A DNA stretch of 63,284 nt, counting the filler, from Eubacteriales bacterium (GTDB lineage: Bacteria > Bacillota > Clostridia > Oscillospirales > CAG-382): NCBI GenBank assembly GCA_045636665.1. It is 9 parts of 9 records of this genome, joined end to end, with 100 filler letters (N's around TTAATTAATTAA, not from the genome) between each part and the next. Parts side by side here need not be neighbours in the genome. Positions count along the whole stretch, not along the records: positions 46,402 to 58,238 come from JAZTXY010000120.1; 8 more parts are not named here. One strand, written 5' to 3'. Below, in pieces: positions 48,661 to 58,223 of this stretch. The translations under genes were made by a program, and so were the position numbers. Positions within the stretch are counted from its first letter, which is position 1. Each line of letters starts with the position of its first letter. Below the pieces are notes generated by a model that was not told the origin of the DNA, searched no databases, and worked only from the letters and a program-made list of their open reading frames with translations.

Positions 48661-50085
48661 TTAATATTTCAGAAGTTTTGTAATATAATCGCGTTTGCTG
48701 CCATTTACCGCAAAAGCGGACATTGCAAAGCAAACGTCGGTGATTCCGTGCTCTTGAATAAACTCTTTTGCGTTGAGCTTGAATTCGCGGTAGTCCGCCA
48801 TATAAACTTCTTCGAAAGAGGAAAGTACATAGGGCGCAAGAGTGTTTCCGTAGCTATCCTTGAATATAAGAAGCTTTCTTCCGTTGTTTATATCGGATTG
48901 GATGTGTGTGGTATAAGCGTCGCCATAAATGAACTTGGTATATCCCTTACTGCTCGAGAACAAGGTTCTTCCGCTGATGGGATTTTTAAAGTTGCTTACG
49001 CTGTAATATGTAACGGTATGCTGACGGCTGGGTACGTACCAATACAAGGTGTCGGGGTAATTGCCCAAAACGCTTGCATAACGAACCAAGCTTCCTTTAA
49101 CACCGTCAACGCTTTGCTCGGTAAATGTGGAAATATCATCAAAAGGTGTACCTGCCACACGCGCAAGCTCTTTTGCGGCGTAATATCCGCCCAATCCGCT
49201 CCAGTGGAAGTCAGTGCGGAGATAGATGTATTCGTCAGTGTGAGAGCTTAAAGCGGTTAACGCATCAACATATTTGACGTCAACAAGGTTGTCCTTAATA
49301 CCGTTAAAGCAATTGACTGTATTCTTTATGGAATTAGGATATTTTTCGGGCGCATAAAATGCAGCGGAGGTGGGGCAAGGCATTATATAAACGTTAACGT
49401 TAGCGCCGACCGCTTGCTTAAATTCATTAAGCTTTTGTGCAGTCTTTTCGCCGCCCGAGGCACTGCCGCCAAACTGTTCCATACCTCTGTTACCAACGAT
49501 TATAATGCCGTTGGTGATATATGCCGAGTCGCTGGGAGGAGTAACCGGAATATCGGATTTTTTGATTATTTCCAAAGAAAGATATTCGGCAGAGGTGCTG
49601 ATAACTTTAACGTTTTCGGGCACCTTATAGACAATCAAAAATTCGAATGTTCCGATAGAAGATGCGCCGGATACGTCAACGTCTGCGGTGATTTGAGACG
49701 AATCGAAAGCGTCTATGACATCTTTTGTGCCTTCAATTGTGATTTTTTGATTCTTTGCATAACCTGAGTTAACCGAAAAACCTGCGTTTCCAAGCGCAGT
49801 TGTTCCGTGAAGGGTAACCGAGATTTCAAATTCCTTTTGAATGGTAGCGGTTGCAGAATCACTATTATCGGTGGTGTTTGAGCTTTCTTCGGTTGCAGAG
49901 CTGTTGTTTTCTGTGCTTGTGCTCTCTTCGGACGATTCGGTTTTCGAAACGTTTGATTCGCTACCGATTGAGCTTTCGGTTTCGGAAATGTTCGAAACTT
50001 CAGAAGTGTTTTCGCCCGAGGTATCGCAAGCGATAAGAATTATACAAAGTAAAACGGGAAGAAGCAAAAGGGTTAATCTTTTCAT
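48661..50085 (-). CDS. DHHW-family (AlgJ/AlgX-like) lipoprotein with YbbR-like domain
   Basis: Lipobox LIAC; ITIEG..ITADVDVS (YbbR-like); IYLRTDFHWSGLGGYY; LLIFKDSYGN. Confidence 0.85.
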   Translation of the reverse strand: MKRLTLLLLPVLLCIILIACDTSGENTSEVSNISETESSIGSESNVSKTESSEESTSTENNSSATEESSNTTDNSDSATATIQKEFEISVTLHGTTALGNAGFSVNSGYAKNQKITIEGTKDVIDAFDSSQITADVDVSGASSIGTFEFLIVYKVPENVKVISTSAEYLSLEIIKKSDIPVTPPSDSAYITNGIIIVGNRGMEQFGGSASGGEKTAQKLNEFKQAVGANVNVYIMPCPTSAAFYAPEKYPNSIKNTVNCFNGIKDNLVDVKYVDALTALSSHTDEYIYLRTDFHWSGLGGYYAAKELARVAGTPFDDISTFTEQSVDGVKGSLVRYASVLGNYPDTLYWYVPSRQHTVTYYSVSNFKNPISGRTLFSSSKGYTKFIYGDAYTTHIQSDINNGRKLLIFKDSYGNTLAPYVLSSFEEVYMADYREFKLNAKEFIQEHGITDVCFAMSAFAVNGSKRDYITKLLKY

Positions 50086-50087
50086 TA

Positions 50088-51509
50088 TTATTTACAAAGC
50101 TCCTCAAGTGCGGTTAAATAATCTTTGCCAACTGCGGAAAAAGTGCATTCAGCAAACAAAACGTCGGTAATTCCGAATTCGTTGATGGTTTCTTTTAAGT
50201 TTTTGCTGTATTTTCTTCCGTCAACGATATAGATTTCTTCAAAGCCCTCCATCATAAAGGGAGCAAGAGCGTTTCCGTAGCTGTCTTTTACGATAAGAAG
50301 CTTTCTGCCGTTTTTGCATTCTTCGGATTTTGCTTTTACGCAATAAGTGTCACCCAAGATGAAGGTGGAATACCAGCTGCCGATTTTTTTATCGGAAATC
50401 TCAAAGAAGAAGCCGTCATGCTCGCTAAGTTTGCTTTCATCAATCGGTCCGTTAGAAAATCCGCTTGAAGAATAGTATTCGGTGCTGTATTTAGTGTCGG
50501 GAATAAAAGAAAGGAAATCCTCGGGATTGTTTTGGAGCACCGAGTTGTTGTCCTTTGAGGAGTAAACGTAGTAATAGGTGCCCAAATATCCGGGTCTTCT
50601 TACTGCTTCGAATTCGGAAATATCATCAAATGCAACACCTGCTTTATCGGCAAACACACTCGATGCATAATAAGCACCCAAAGCGGTCCAGTGGTGGTCG
50701 GTACGTGCATATATTTCTTCATTTGCGTGGCGACCCAATATATCGTAAATGTTTACGTCGATTACCTTGTCGGAAAGCGTTTTGGCGATAGTGTCGATAT
50801 CGTTCTTATTGCGTATAGCAAGCTTTTGATATTTTTCTTGCGAGGTTTGTCCGAGGTAATAAGCGCTTGATTTGGGAATTACCATCGAGTAAACGTTAAC
50901 CGAGGAATCAAGACCTTCGGCAAAGTTGTTGAGAATTTCGGCGTAACGAATCGATCTTTCTTCGCTGCCGTAGTATATTTCCATTGCGCGGTTACCGATT
51001 ATGAGGATTGAACCTGAAATTTCGGCAAGTCCGCCGCCCTGTTCGGGCACGGTTTCTTCGGGTTGGGAGTTGATTTCTGGTTCGGATTCATCGGGGATGA
51101 AGCTGCTTTCCGGAGCTTCGGAGGAATAATCCGAAGAGGTGCTGTTTTCAACCTGCGAGCTTTCCGTTTCGGCGGAAGTGTCATCGGTTACGGATTGCTC
51201 TTGGTCGGGTTCGGATTCTTCGGGTCGGATGGTTATGATTTTTTCTTCTTCTTCCAAACCGTAAAGACCGTTGATTTTGGTTTCAAAGTCTACAAAGGTA
51301 TCGCGTCCGAAAATAGTATCGGAAAAGTAGTCGCTTATGCCCTTGAAATACTTACCCGAAAACAGTGAATCAAAAGAAAATTCAGGCCATTCCTTTAAGG
51401 TTGTATAGTTCGATTCGGTTTCTCTCGGAAGAAATACACAGAAAACGAACATAAATAAAAGCGTTAAGGCTAAAAGTATAGCGCATAATTTAATTGTGAA
51501 ATTTTTCAT
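50088..51509 (-). CDS. DHHW-family (AlgJ/AlgX-like) membrane-anchored acyltransferase
   Basis: N-terminal TM; PEFSFDSLFSGKY; IYARTDHHWTALGAYY; LLIVKDSYGN; VDGR. Confidence 0.9.
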   Translation of the reverse strand: MKNFTIKLCAILLALTLLFMFVFCVFLPRETESNYTTLKEWPEFSFDSLFSGKYFKGISDYFSDTIFGRDTFVDFETKINGLYGLEEEEKIITIRPEESEPDQEQSVTDDTSAETESSQVENSTSSDYSSEAPESSFIPDESEPEINSQPEETVPEQGGGLAEISGSILIIGNRAMEIYYGSEERSIRYAEILNNFAEGLDSSVNVYSMVIPKSSAYYLGQTSQEKYQKLAIRNKNDIDTIAKTLSDKVIDVNIYDILGRHANEEIYARTDHHWTALGAYYASSVFADKAGVAFDDISEFEAVRRPGYLGTYYYVYSSKDNNSVLQNNPEDFLSFIPDTKYSTEYYSSSGFSNGPIDESKLSEHDGFFFEISDKKIGSWYSTFILGDTYCVKAKSEECKNGRKLLIVKDSYGNALAPFMMEGFEEIYIVDGRKYSKNLKETINEFGITDVLFAECTFSAVGKDYLTALEELCK

Positions 51510-51519
51510 AAGTTATCAC

Positions 51520-52932
51520 CTAAAAGTTCCAATAGAGGAAAGGATTATTGCTGCTGAATGTTTTTACAAGAACGCTTGTGTTGATAAACAAAAGTAATAT
51601 TGCCAAAACAGTTGCAGTTATAATGCCGATCGAGTATACCATCGGGCTTGAATTTTCGAAGCGCTTTTTGAGATAAGGAATAATGGGGAAACAAGCGATA
51701 AGTGCGATTGAGAATATAAAGACGTTGGTAGTAACTACCGTGAAAAAGTCATCGTTATACAGAACGTTGCCGTTAGCGCCTACGAGATTTTTGAAGAAGT
51801 TGATAAGGTCGCTTGAATTTTCAAACTTAAAAATACCGAAACCGATAAGTATTACAAGCTTGTTGTAAATATGCATTAATACAGTCGGCGCGTTTTTAAG
51901 TCGCTTTTTGCCGAGTAACGTTTCAATGTAAATGAATACACCGAAATAGAGACCCCAAATTACATAGTTCCAGCTTGCACCGTGCCAAAGTCCGGTTGTA
52001 AACCAAACGAGGAACAACGACAAAACAGCACGTCTTTTGCCAAAAATGGGCAGATATAACAAATAGTCGCGGAAGAAGCTGCCAAGCGAAATGTGCCATC
52101 TTTGCCAAAATTCAGAAATTGAACGGCACATAAAGGGATGCTTGAAGTTTTCGTCAAAGTGGAATCCGAACACTCTACCGATACCGATTGCCATATCCGA
52201 ATAACCCGAGAAGTCAAAATAAACCTGCATCGAATAAGCAATGACGCCGAACCAAGTAGCGGCAACAGATGCCTCGGATACGTTTGTGCCAAAACATTTT
52301 TCGACAATCAAATTAAGATTGTTTGCCAAAAGAACCTTTTTGGAAAGACCGATAACGATACGCAAACCGCCTTCCATTGCGTCCTTAAAAGTGGTTGTGC
52401 GGTTATCGATTTCATCTGCAATTGTTTGATAACGGACTATCGGGCCTGCAACCAATTGCGGGAAAAGAGAGATGTATAACAGTAATTTATGAAAATGCTT
52501 TTGAACAGGAACCTTTTCCCAATATACGTCGATCATATAGGACATAATTTGGAAGGTATAGAAGCTTATACCAAGCGGCAAAGCGAGCTTGAGAAGCGGT
52601 ATCGAGGCACCGAAAATGCCATTAATATTGCCGATAATAAAGTCGGTATATTTAAACAAACCAAGCATGCCTATATTGTAAATCAGCGAAATAACCATCG
52701 CCAGCTTACAGTTTTTCGTGCCGCGGGATTTGTCCATCCACAATGCAAGGAAATAGTTGATCGCCGCACTTGCGATGAACAGCAGGATTTTAATCGGCTC
52801 GCCGCAAGCATAAAAGATTAAAGAGAATACGATAAGTACCCAGTTTTTGACCTTTAAGCTTTTGAATAAAAAGTAAAACAAAAAGCATAAAGGCAAAAAC
52901 GCAAACATAAAGAATAAATCTGCAAAAATCAT
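51520..52932 (-). CDS. MBOAT O-acyltransferase (AlgI/PatA/DltB-like)
   Basis: LPLGISFYTFQ, FPQLVAGPI, YFDFSGYSDMAIG, FWQRWHISL, GLWHGASW; C-terminal NPFLYWNF. Confidence 0.95.
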   Translation of the reverse strand: MIFADLFFMFAFLPLCFLFYFLFKSLKVKNWVLIVFSLIFYACGEPIKILLFIASAAINYFLALWMDKSRGTKNCKLAMVISLIYNIGMLGLFKYTDFIIGNINGIFGASIPLLKLALPLGISFYTFQIMSYMIDVYWEKVPVQKHFHKLLLYISLFPQLVAGPIVRYQTIADEIDNRTTTFKDAMEGGLRIVIGLSKKVLLANNLNLIVEKCFGTNVSEASVAATWFGVIAYSMQVYFDFSGYSDMAIGIGRVFGFHFDENFKHPFMCRSISEFWQRWHISLGSFFRDYLLYLPIFGKRRAVLSLFLVWFTTGLWHGASWNYVIWGLYFGVFIYIETLLGKKRLKNAPTVLMHIYNKLVILIGFGIFKFENSSDLINFFKNLVGANGNVLYNDDFFTVVTTNVFIFSIALIACFPIIPYLKKRFENSSPMVYSIGIITATVLAILLLFINTSVLVKTFSSNNPFLYWNF

Positions 52933-52969
52933 AATTAATTCCTCGTGATTTTGTTAAAGTATATATCTG

Positions 52970-53806
52970 TTAATTTGATTGTTTTGTTTGATTGTTAACC
53001 TTCGATGAAAGGATACAGTTGATTTCGGCGCCTATAAACATAATATACATACAAATATACAACCACAGCATTAAAACTATAATGGCGGTTAATGAACCGT
53101 ATACGTTGGCATAGTTGCTAAAATTGTCAACATAAAATGAAAATAGAATCGAAAACGAAACCCATCCTGCGCCTGAAATAACTGCGCCCGGAATTTGGTC
53201 TAAAATTTTCATTTTTTTGCAGGGCATACTTTTGTATATGATCGAGAAAAACAAAACAAGTATTATAAATCCTAAAATGAAACGCAGGGAGGAGATGATA
53301 TAAACTAATCCTTTTAGGTTTGGGAAGAAGGAGTTCGCAAGATTAATAAGCGAGTCGCCGAAAACCATAATAAGCAAAACTCCGCACACGATGACGATAA
53401 AAGCGAGCGTGTAAATGATGGAAAGAAAACGTACCCAAAGGTATTTTCTTGTTTCTTTGATTTCGTAAACAGAGTTTAAACCGCCCATAATTGCGTGAAC
53501 ACCGCGCGAGGCTGACCATAGCAACAAAGCTGCCGAGATGATGGTGTGGGTTAATCTTCCCTCGGAAAGTATTTCTTCAATGAAATCGTTTATAAATTCT
53601 CCCAAAACGCCTGGCATTACCTCGCTTATTGTTTTGGTAATTGCCTCGCCCGTATCGCCGAACAGCTGCAGCAACGATAAAAGCAACATTATAAGAGGAA
53701 TCAGAGAGAGAAACATAAAGTATGCGGTTTGCGCCGAATAAGCACTGATTCTGCTTGCTGAAACCTTGCGCAGAAAGTAACGGGTGCTTTTGATTAGCCG
53801 TTGCAT
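52970..53806 (-). CDS. YihY/virulence factor BrkB family membrane protein
   Basis: AYSAQTAYFMFLSLIP, LWSASRG, YGSLTAIIVLMLWLY..IGAEIN. Confidence 0.9.
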   Translation of the reverse strand: MQRLIKSTRYFLRKVSASRISAYSAQTAYFMFLSLIPLIMLLLSLLQLFGDTGEAITKTISEVMPGVLGEFINDFIEEILSEGRLTHTIISAALLLWSASRGVHAIMGGLNSVYEIKETRKYLWVRFLSIIYTLAFIVIVCGVLLIMVFGDSLINLANSFFPNLKGLVYIISSLRFILGFIILVLFFSIIYKSMPCKKMKILDQIPGAVISGAGWVSFSILFSFYVDNFSNYANVYGSLTAIIVLMLWLYICMYIMFIGAEINCILSSKVNNQTKQSN

Positions 53807-53884
53807 ACGTTCTCTCCTTTCCGAAAAATATGCGATTGACTTGCATAACGGCGTGTGTTATAATTACGGCATAATAAACTTGAG

Positions 53885-54391
53885 GTGTTGATTGTGCATA
53901 GTTTTAACAGCCGTTTTTTGGAAGACGAATTGATAGAGCGCTGGGATGAATTCACGTCTCCTGCGCGTTTTGCAGGCGCAGATGAAATGATGGATTTGAT
54001 TTACGTATCCAAACGCAAAGGCAATCAGGTGCGACTTGTGCGCCGCGCAGGATCAAAACGCGACCCTTTTTCTTGTGTGTTTTATGGAAAAATAGTTAAG
54101 AGCGAGCAGGGAAGTGCGGTAAAAGGCATCTTTGCAAAGTCGTTGTTCGATTATATTGCGATTGCATTAATAATTGCACTGTTTGCTTATATTAGATGCA
54201 TTGTTATCGAACGGGGTGATTCGCCCGTAACGGTAAATATTTTGCTCGGTGCGTCGATTATCATTGGCGGATTTTTATTGTATAACACCCGTTCAATTAA
54301 ACGCAAATATGCCGAATTTATTTCGCGGATAACCGATACCGAAAACGATAAATTTATCAGTAAAAAGGATTTGCGCGAAAATAATGATTAA
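53885..54391 (+). CDS. Hypothetical membrane protein
   Basis: 168-aa ORF, GAGGTG RBS (start may be GTG 53894), two TM segments. Confidence 0.65.
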   Translation: MLIVHSFNSRFLEDELIERWDEFTSPARFAGADEMMDLIYVSKRKGNQVRLVRRAGSKRDPFSCVFYGKIVKSEQGSAVKGIFAKSLFDYIAIALIIALFAYIRCIVIERGDSPVTVNILLGASIIIGGFLLYNTRSIKRKYAEFISRITDTENDKFISKKDLRENND

Positions 54392-55053
54392 TTGTTCAAA
54401 AAATCACCGAGTAATTTTTCGCTCAACTCCCCAAAGTTATATGCTACGTAGTTAGCGCCTTCGTTTTCAAGTTCATATTTAGATGCAGTTCCGGTGTAGA
54501 TTCCGAAAGAATCTATGCCGGTTCTTTTTGCGCCGATAATATCGTATTTCATATCACCGATCATAAGAACCTTGTTAAGATTATCGGTGATACCGAAGAG
54601 CCTTAACGCTTCTTTAATAACCTCGTCCTTCTTGCTGATGCTTCCGTCGGCATTTGCGCCCGAGATGAAGTCGAAATAATTTAAAATCGAATGGTGCTCC
54701 AACATTTTAACGGCTTGATCTTGCGGTTTTGAAGTAGCAACGCCGAGAATATAACCTGTCTCCTTTAATTTTGTCAGAAGCTGTTTTATTTCGGGGAAAA
54801 TGCAAGATTCGATATATCCGAATTTGTCATAGCGTTCGTTATATATTTCAATAGCTTTATCGGCATCTTTATCGGACAATCCGTAAAGCACAGAAAAAGA
54901 GTGCTTTAGGGGCGGGCCAAAAAAGTTCATCAGATTTTTTGTTTCAACAAAAATTCCAAATCTTTTTAATGCGTTTTGGGCGGATTTTAAAACACCTTCG
55001 GTGGTATCTATCAAAGTACCGTCAAGATCAAACAAAAGGTATTTGTATTTCAT
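54388..55053 (-). CDS. HAD-superfamily hydrolase (Gph/5'-nucleotidase-like)
   Basis: LFDLDGTL, GPPL, ATSK, MIGDMKYDIIGA. Confidence 0.9.
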   Translation of the reverse strand: MKYKYLLFDLDGTLIDTTEGVLKSAQNALKRFGIFVETKNLMNFFGPPLKHSFSVLYGLSDKDADKAIEIYNERYDKFGYIESCIFPEIKQLLTKLKETGYILGVATSKPQDQAVKMLEHHSILNYFDFISGANADGSISKKDEVIKEALRLFGITDNLNKVLMIGDMKYDIIGAKRTGIDSFGIYTGTASKYELENEGANYVAYNFGELSEKLLGDFLNN

Positions 55054-55211
55054 AAATTTACATTTCCAATCGCAAAATTATACAGATACATTATATCATA
55101 TATGATTGTCATTTTCAATTGATTTTAAAAAAATACTTGAAAATAAATGATATTTATGATAACATTAATCATCACTTAGTTACTATGATAATGTTGTGTT
55201 TGGAGGGCGTT

Positions 55212-55832
55212 ATGAGAAAAATAATTACAATCGGCAGACAGTTTGCGTCTATGGGTTCTGAAATCGGAACGCAGTTGTCCGAGCTTACCGGAATTCCTTG
55301 TTATGATCGTGATGCGCTTGTTAAGATTGCGGAAAAACACGGCATTCCCATTGACACTTTTGAAAAAGCCGATGAGCAGGCGACTTCGAGCTTTTTGTAT
55401 TCCTTGGCGATATCAAGCTATAGCGGAAATATTGCGCATTTTGGTATGAACAATCAGGTTCTTACCGACCGTGTTTTTAATATTCAATCTCAAGAAATCA
55501 AAAAAATCGCCGCTGAAGGCGATTGCATTATTATCGGCAGATGTGCAGATGATATTTTAAGTGATTATGATGGCATTTTGAAAATATTTATCCATGCGCC
55601 GATGGAAGAACGTGTTAAGAATTTGGTCGAGCAATACGGTATGGATGAAGTTGCCGCAAGAAAAAGAATTGCAAAGGACGATAAAAAGCGAGCGTCGTAC
55701 TATAATTTCTACACCGGTAAGGGCTGGGGCGATCCCAAAAATTACCATATGAATATCGATAGCAGCCTTTTGGGTGTAAAAGGGACTGCAAAAATGATAA
55801 AACATCTTATCGATGAATTTTACAGTGAATAA
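55212..55832 (+). CDS. Cytidylate kinase-like family protein
   Basis: IITIGRQFASMG, IIGRCAD, DDKKRASYY..YT..WG..NYH..IDS; start reassigned to 55212 (GGAGG RBS). Confidence 0.88.
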   Translation: MRKIITIGRQFASMGSEIGTQLSELTGIPCYDRDALVKIAEKHGIPIDTFEKADEQATSSFLYSLAISSYSGNIAHFGMNNQVLTDRVFNIQSQEIKKIAAEGDCIIIGRCADDILSDYDGILKIFIHAPMEERVKNLVEQYGMDEVAARKRIAKDDKKRASYYNFYTGKGWGDPKNYHMNIDSSLLGVKGTAKMIKHLIDEFYSE

Positions 55833-55872
55833 ATTGTTTGATTCACTCTAAATACCAATTGGAGAAAAGGAT

Positions 55873-57024
55873 ATGAATATTGAATGGGAAATTGATCTCC
55901 CTACAAACGCAGATTCGGAAGATTATCAGTATGAATCTCCTATTTATTGTGACGATGATGTTCTTTATTATATTACTGACCGTCGAAATCCTGTTCTTCA
56001 TATTGTTGACACGAATTCGGGAAATGAAAAAATCCAACCGATAATTTCGAGATGTTCAGTGATACCGTCTGAATATTTTTTCGAGAAGTATCGAGATAAG
56101 CTGATTATTTATACGGGCAAGCTTTGGTTTTACGAAAATGAAAGCGTTATCGGATTTCCGCATATTCATATAGACGGTAAAATTAACTCTTATGTAATAA
56201 AAGACAATTATTTTGTGTTTGCAGATTATTCTAATTTGATTTGTTTTAATTTGGACACGCAAAATGTTGAATGGCAGCTTGGAATAGACAATACAAAGCG
56301 TTATAACACGGGAGAACTTTCGTTGTTTGGCCAAGATATTGCATGTTACGGCAATGATAAGCTTTTAATTGTTGATATTTTTAGCGGAACAATAAAGGAT
56401 CAAATAAAAATACCGCGTATCGATAAAGCTTTCGCACCTATTAAAATTGATGACAGAGAGGTGTTGATAGGTTTCACCAATTGGTCAAATGCCGGAATAT
56501 TAAGATACGATATGAAAGCACGTAAAGTCGTTTGGAAAAACAAGCGTTCATTCGAGGGTCCGCTTCTAAGATGCAAAATATATCAAAAGGACGATTTTGC
56601 ATATTGGGTGAAAAATGACACCGAGCTAATTTGCATTGATATAAATAGTGGCGATGAGGTGTACAGTGTTAAGACTACGCCTTGGCTGTACACGGATCTT
56701 TTGTTTAAACATCAAAATCTGTTTTATGGCACTGCGGGGAGAGATGGTTATTTTGTGAATCTTGATCCTGAAACGGGATGCGAAAAATGGTCTTTCTTTT
56801 TAAAAAACGGTTGTGCATATTTCGATTTTTATGATGAATCTGTTATTTTGGGGGATTTTGAAAAAACAATTTATCGGATTGACGCTACGAGCGGAGAAAT
56901 TTTAAGCAAGATATTTGTTGACGGTGAGGTTGTTGGAAGAATCAAAACGCACCGTAACAACATATATACAGTTGTTTGGGGAAATGAACGCGCATCGATT
57001 CGTTTGATTAAAATTAAAATTTAA
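55873..57024 (+). CDS. PQQ-like/BamB-type beta-propeller protein
   Basis: Repeated ICFNLDTQNVEW, ICIDINSGDEVY, NLDPETGCEKW, RIDATSGEIL blades. Confidence 0.75.
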   Translation: MNIEWEIDLPTNADSEDYQYESPIYCDDDVLYYITDRRNPVLHIVDTNSGNEKIQPIISRCSVIPSEYFFEKYRDKLIIYTGKLWFYENESVIGFPHIHIDGKINSYVIKDNYFVFADYSNLICFNLDTQNVEWQLGIDNTKRYNTGELSLFGQDIACYGNDKLLIVDIFSGTIKDQIKIPRIDKAFAPIKIDDREVLIGFTNWSNAGILRYDMKARKVVWKNKRSFEGPLLRCKIYQKDDFAYWVKNDTELICIDINSGDEVYSVKTTPWLYTDLLFKHQNLFYGTAGRDGYFVNLDPETGCEKWSFFLKNGCAYFDFYDESVILGDFEKTIYRIDATSGEILSKIFVDGEVVGRIKTHRNNIYTVVWGNERASIRLIKIKI

Positions 57025-57059
57025 TAATCATTCGCTTATAAATTAGGCAATATAAAACA

Positions 57060-57093
57060 GAAAACCGTCCGCGAAATGCGGACGGTTCTTTTT
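57060..57093. terminator. Bidirectional terminator
   Basis: AACCGTCCGC-GAAAT-GCGGACGGTT with flanking A/T tracts. Confidence 0.8.
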
Positions 57094-57101
57094 GTGTTTT
57101 A

Positions 57102-58223
57102 TTAGTGGCAGATGATCTTTTCGGTTTCTTTGTCGAAAATGTGGATACGGGAGGTATCAACAGCAATCTTAATAACATCGCCTGCTTTAGCAGTGGATTG
57201 AGAAGAAACGCGGGAAACAAGGCTGGTTTCTTGACCAACGTTGAGGTAGAGATAAATTTCTGCACCCATAAGTTCGGTGAATTCAACGTTTGCTTCGATA
57301 ATGGTATCCTTGAATTTTTCCATGTAAACGGGTTCGTCATGGAGAAGTTCGGGACGGAGACCTGCGATAACTTCTTTGCCGATGTAGTCAGCAAGATTGG
57401 TATCTTCAAACTTTTCGGGTTGAAGCTTGAACTTAACGTTTTCGAATTCGAGGAAGCAATCATCCTGTCCCTTGGGCTTGGTGATGGTTGCATTTACGAA
57501 GTTCATTTGAGGAGTTCCGATAAAGCCTGCAACGAAGATATTGCAAGGGAAGTCGTAAAGGTTTTGAGGAGTATCTACCTGTTGGATGATACCATCCTTC
57601 ATAACTACGATACGGGTTGCCATGGTCATAGCTTCGACCTGGTCGTGGGTAACGTAGATAAAGGTTGTTTGGAGCTTGTTGTGGAGCTTGGTAAGCTCGG
57701 TTCTCATGGTAGCACGGAGCTTAGCGTCCAAGTTGGAAAGAGGTTCGTCGAGAAGGAATACCTTAGGTTCACGAACGATTGCACGACCGAGTGCAACACG
57801 CTGCTTCTGACCACCGGAGAGCGCCTTGGGCTTTCTGTCGAGAAGGTGGGTGATGTCAAGAATTCTTGCTGCTTCTTCAACGCGGCGCTTGATTTCTTCT
57901 TTTCTTACCTTACGGAGTTTAAGACCGAATGCCATGTTGTCGAAAACAGACATGTGAGGATAAAGAGCGTAGTACTGGAAAACCATCGCGATATCTCTGT
58001 CCTTAGGAGCTACGTCGTTAACCAGCTTATCGCCGATGAACAGTTCGCCTTCAGAGATTTCTTCCAGACCGGCGATCATACGCAGGGTGGTAGACTTACC
58101 ACAACCGGAGGGACCTACCAGAATCAGGAATTCCTTGTCCTTGATTTCCAGGCAGAAGTCGGAAACGGCAGTAACGCCGCCGGGATACTTCTTGTAGATG
58201 TGTTTCAGAGATAAGCTAGCCAT
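57102..58223 (-). CDS. Sugar ABC transporter ATP-binding protein (MsmX/UgpC/MalK-type)
   Basis: GPSGCGKSTT, LSGGQKQR, LDEPLSNLDAKLR, YVTHDQ, TOBE C-terminus. Confidence 0.95.
   Translation of the reverse strand: MASLSLKHIYKKYPGGVTAVSDFCLEIKDKEFLILVGPSGCGKSTTLRMIAGLEEISEGELFIGDKLVNDVAPKDRDIAMVFQYYALYPHMSVFDNMAFGLKLRKVRKEEIKRRVEEAARILDITHLLDRKPKALSGGQKQRVALGRAIVREPKVFLLDEPLSNLDAKLRATMRTELTKLHNKLQTTFIYVTHDQVEAMTMATRIVVMKDGIIQQVDTPQNLYDFPCNIFVAGFIGTPQMNFVNATITKPKGQDDCFLEFENVKFKLQPEKFEDTNLADYIGKEVIAGLRPELLHDEPVYMEKFKDTIIEANVEFTELMGAEIYLYLNVGQETSLVSRVSSQSTAKAGDVIKIAVDTSRIHIFDKETEKIICH

Noticed and set aside
57105..58214. 369-aa plus-strand ORF
   Set aside because: Antisense shadow of the ABC ATPase; the same applies to 7661-8596, 17252-18271, 18747-19784, 34296-35264 and 59420-60541
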